A DNA stretch of 64,000 nt from Amphiscolops sp. MND2022 (taxonomy: Eukaryota). The stretch spans positions 52,826,001 to 52,890,000 of the forward strand of contig OZ076409.1 of assembly GCA_964187785.1 (NCBI GenBank). Direction: 5' to 3'. The notes beneath the pieces were generated by a model. It was given only the letters and a program-made list of their open reading frames with translations, did not search any database and had not been told where the DNA came from. Within the stretch, counting starts at the first letter, position 1. The number at the start of each line of letters is the position of its first letter. Positions 60,016 through 64,000 of this stretch are shown piece by piece. Both the position numbers and the translations under genes were made by a program.

Positions 60016-63000
60016 ATGATATTGCTAATCACATACAGTTCGACAAAGTCTTACTTACCGATCTCAACCTCTCTAACATTGAAACGAAAACGTCATACGT
60101 ACTATATGCCGATGGATTTCGAAAAACTCACACTTGATGGACTCATCGATACAAGAGCCCTGACAAGTGCAATATCTGAGCAAGACTCGAATAAAATCAA
60201 ACTGCTCGCCAATGAATCAATACAAGAAACTGGCACACAGCCAAATTTTCAAAATATGGTGGCCAATGGACAACTAGATGTTCCAATCGGCACACTACTC
60301 TTGGAATTTGAAGTCGCTGATTTCATGTTACGAGAAAATTTCATCATTATGAAAAATCTGCCCAACCCTTTAATTGGTCTCTGTTTTCTTCGCAGAAACA
60401 ATGCATTTTTTGATGTCACCCAAGGCATCTTGACTTTCCCATACCTCTCAATGCAACTCAAACCTGACACTCAAGTAGCAATACGACAAGCAACCCCACT
60501 GGTTGAGGAAAGCACATATACATTGCAACCGGGCGAAACTCTCGCCATAGCGAGCAGAATGCCACACCTGTTGGACCATGACGCAACAGGAATAGTCACA
60601 CCTTCAACCCAATTTGAACACCACGATAGTATTTTCATAACATCATCCCTCAGTACAGTAAATAACAATGCTATCGGGTACCAAATCATCAATTGCTCTG
60701 AGCTCCCGTACACAATAACTTGTGATACTCACCTAGCGGATTTCAAAATCCTTACCCCAGAACAAATCAAACATATACAACCGGTGGATCCAGCGATGCT
60801 ATCCTTCATGATACAACACGAAGATACAACCGAGATTTACATAAATGAACTTTTGAAAGCTCCTTCTCAAAATTCAGAACAAGAAGCCTATTGGTTCCCG
60901 ACTCCATAAGACCGGGGGATCCTACAATGTATACTCCAATACAACAACGAATCTACACAGAACTTCTAGAACTCAAACAACTCGAGAAACTCAATGCTCA
61001 AGACAATGAGGCATCGAAGGAATCATTTCTTTCAAACTTTGATTGGTCTGACACAACGCTTAGCCCAGAAGAACGACAACAAATTGAAGAAATACTCATT
61101 GAATTTCACGACATTTTTGCCAGACATCGTTTCGACATCGGCACAAATCGTGAGTTCAAAGTCAAACTCACACCAAACGATGATAGACCGGCATACAGTC
61201 AAAGCCTTCCAACACCAATCAATCTCAAAGACGACATCACAGTAGAACTTGCTCTTCTACACAAATATGGAATCATCACCACTCTACCATTTTCAAAATA
61301 CGCTAGCCCTATTTTCGCTCAACGAAAACCCAATGGGCGTCTTAGACTTCTAGTCGACCTCAGGAAAATCAACAACTTAATCACAGAAGACTACATCAAT
61401 AACAACCACCCGGTGAGCACCTTATCGGATGCAGCACAACACATGGCAGGAATAACTTTTCTGCAAACTAGACTGCTCCCAGGCTTACCACTGCCTTCAA
61501 ATGGCCGATTATCAATCCATTTCAGATGCTTGCTTTCAATTTTGCAAGCCGAACATTTGCTTACCGCAGACTTGCTCAAGGACTGAGCAGATCGCTCTCT
61601 GCATTTTCAAGCTTCATGAGAGAGTATCTCGATAAAGCTATTAAAGCCGACCAATGCGCACAATATGTAGATGACATCGGAATTGCAGCGAACGATGCAA
61701 AACAATTATGTGCAAACATCAGGACTGTGTTCGGGTGCATCAGAAATGCCGGATTGAAACTCACAATGTCCAAATGTCACTTCGGAGTCAAGCAAGTCGA
61801 CTTCTTGGGCCGTACAATCACACCTGAAGGTGTCTCTCCGTAAGCCGACAAAGTCGAAGATTTCTTGTCAAAACTGAAAATTCCTGAATCCAAAAAAGCA
61901 CTTCAACGGTATATAGGATTCTTAAACTATTACCGCAACTACATTCCGAGACTCTCTGAACGATTATCACCGTTCTTCAAACTCCTCAAAGAAACCACCA
62001 AGTTCTACATAACAACGAATTTGGTTGAAGAATTCACAAGCCTCAGTAAACACCTCGAAAACTCATGTCAATTAGCTCTGAGGCAACCCCTCAAAGACAA
62101 GCAACTCAGAGTTATGTCAGATGCAAGTTTCACAGCAGCAGGATATGCTATAATAGAAGAAGACGATCCAAACCAAAAGCTACAATCCAAACGCAAAACG
62201 TATGCGCCTATAGCGTTTGGATCCAAAACTTTCAACCCAACACAAACAAAAATGTCAAAATATGCGAAAGAATTCCTTTCCATATATTTCACCTTTGTCG
62301 AATTTGGACACCTCATGTGGGGTAGTACATTCCCCGTCATAGTGTTTACAGATAACAGATCAGTGACACGATTTTTTCAAGCAAAACTTATCCCTCCATT
62401 ACTCTGGAATGCATGCGATTATGTTTTGCAAAACAGTTTCGTAATTGCCCATGTTGCTGGATCTATGAACACCGCAGCGGACTTCCTCTCACGAACGGAA
62501 GTCAACCCCATCGAAAAACTTGAAATGAACATTCGCAACGATATACAAACTAAAGCGATCGAAGTCAACATACAATCGACAGGCATCGTCGAAGAAAAAC
62601 AAATCTACATTCTTCCCGATGATGAAATTGAAGAAAACCAAATCTGGCAAGAAAAACTTAATGTACGCAATCAAGCTCAAAACGAAACACACAATGAACC
62701 AAAAAACAGTGTAACAGAACTCCAAATTTTCCATAAACCAACATCTGGCTCAAATACCTGCTCAGAAGGCCACTTCAAAGACTATGCCAGAATCAGACTT
62801 GAACAAAACAATGACATAATCCTCAGAAACCTTAGAGCTAAACTGGAAGGCAATCCCTTCGATGAAAATGACCTAGCATCCGACTACAGATATCAACACT
62901 ACCTGCAAAATATCACCCGAATTGAAATCAAACAAGAAGTCCTAACACGACGATATCACACTAACACAGGAACAACATCACACTACCAAATTTTACTACC

Positions 63001-64000
63001 AGTACAGCTTTTGGAGGAACTCCTCCAAGCGTTACATGGACATAACTCAAACCACCCTGGTATCACTAAAATGATTCAGGAAGTTCGGCAAAAACATTAC
63101 TACCCATGTATTGCCAAATACATCAAAAAATGGGTTAGTAACTGCCAAATCTGCATCCAGACGAAAAAAATAAACAACGACCTCCTCCTCAAGACCGAAT
63201 TGCTGAATTGCACTGAATGGGACCTAGGTCCTGAAGACATCCTACAAATGGACATCCTCCCTAACCTCCCTAGTGGAGGGTACGATCACATTATCACGGC
63301 AATAGATGTTTTTTCACGATACTTGTTTGCCTATCCAGTAACACGCATTACTGCCACTGCAGTAGCACTAGTCATAATGGACATTCTCTGCAAGCACACA
63401 TACTTGCCAACAACCCTAATCACCGATTTGGGCACTCAATTCAACGCCCAAGTAACTCACGAAGTAGCCGCAATTTTGGAAATTGAACTCAAACACGCGA
63501 CAATGAAACACGCCAAAACAATTGGAATCCTAGAAAGGACACATGCTTCCGTAAAAACACAACTCAAAGCGGCAACGGGAGATTTCCGACACAACTGGCA
63601 CAAATTTCTCCCATTAGCAGTACTAAATCATAACACAACCTACCACGCATCATTAGGTTGTGAATCTTTACGAGTTTTTCATGGGAGAATACCCCATAAT
63701 ATACTCGATTACAAACTCGAATACAACCCTAACCCAAAATATCTACCACAAACAGATGTAGCAGAAGAGGTACAGCGACGCATGAAGGTACTTCTTGACC
63801 AAACGAAAAAGAATATAATGCAATTCTATCTCAAATACAAAGCCTATTACGATAGGAAAGCAAAAGCTTCCCCACTCGAAACGACGGACTACTGCTACAT
63901 ATTGAACCCGAAAGCAGATACTCAAGCAACAAAAATACCCTTTCGCGAATTCAGATGGCAAGGGCCATACAAAGTCGAAAAAGTGCTTCCAAACAATAAC
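60016..64000 (+). pseudogene. pol: Gypsy pol (protease, RT, RNase H, integrase), disrupted
   Basis: LIDTRA (decayed DTGA); YASPIFAQRKPNGRLRLLVDLRKIN; YVDD at 61664-61675; VMSDASF; VFTDNRS; LHGHNSNHPG..CQIC; LQMDIL; ITDLGTQF; ILERTH. Frameshifts near 60905 and 61455, stop at 61841. Confidence 0.95.

Larger units (their letters stand above)
57439..64000 (+). mobile_element. Ty3/Gypsy LTR retrotransposon, decayed, truncated by the window end
   Basis: Domain order gag-PR-RT-RNaseH-integrase, with several stops and frameshifts. Confidence 0.95.

Overview
AT-rich, repeat-dense eukaryotic (animal-like) genomic DNA with GT-AG introns. No prokaryotic operons, rRNA, intact tRNA or CRISPR were found. 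Host genes: the 3' end of an unidentified gene (~0.9-2.7 kb); a spliced GNPTG-like gene (27.3-40.0 kb, +); a complete 8-exon cytosolic aspartate aminotransferase, GOT1-like (43.7-53.9 kb, +), with a predicted two-exon antisense orphan gene inside intron 5. Mobile DNA: a decayed Ty3/Gypsy LTR element from 57.4 kb to the window end, two LINE RT fragments, a hAT transposase remnant, several MITEs, and three families of DINE-1/Helentron-type non-autonomous elements, one carrying tRNA-like cassettes. Most unusual is a 13 kb tandem array of a ~1.06 kb unit (6.1-19.2 kb). Its minus strand is a frameshifted, apparently intron-containing SGNH-hydrolase gene (GDSN...GA...GNND...DGVH), present in 12 copies. 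The array lies in a same-strand cluster of decayed LRR-like and SGNH gene remnants sharing an 11-bp upstream motif, and it contains a double fold-back repair scar. All protein family calls come from manual translation and motif recognition, not database searches.
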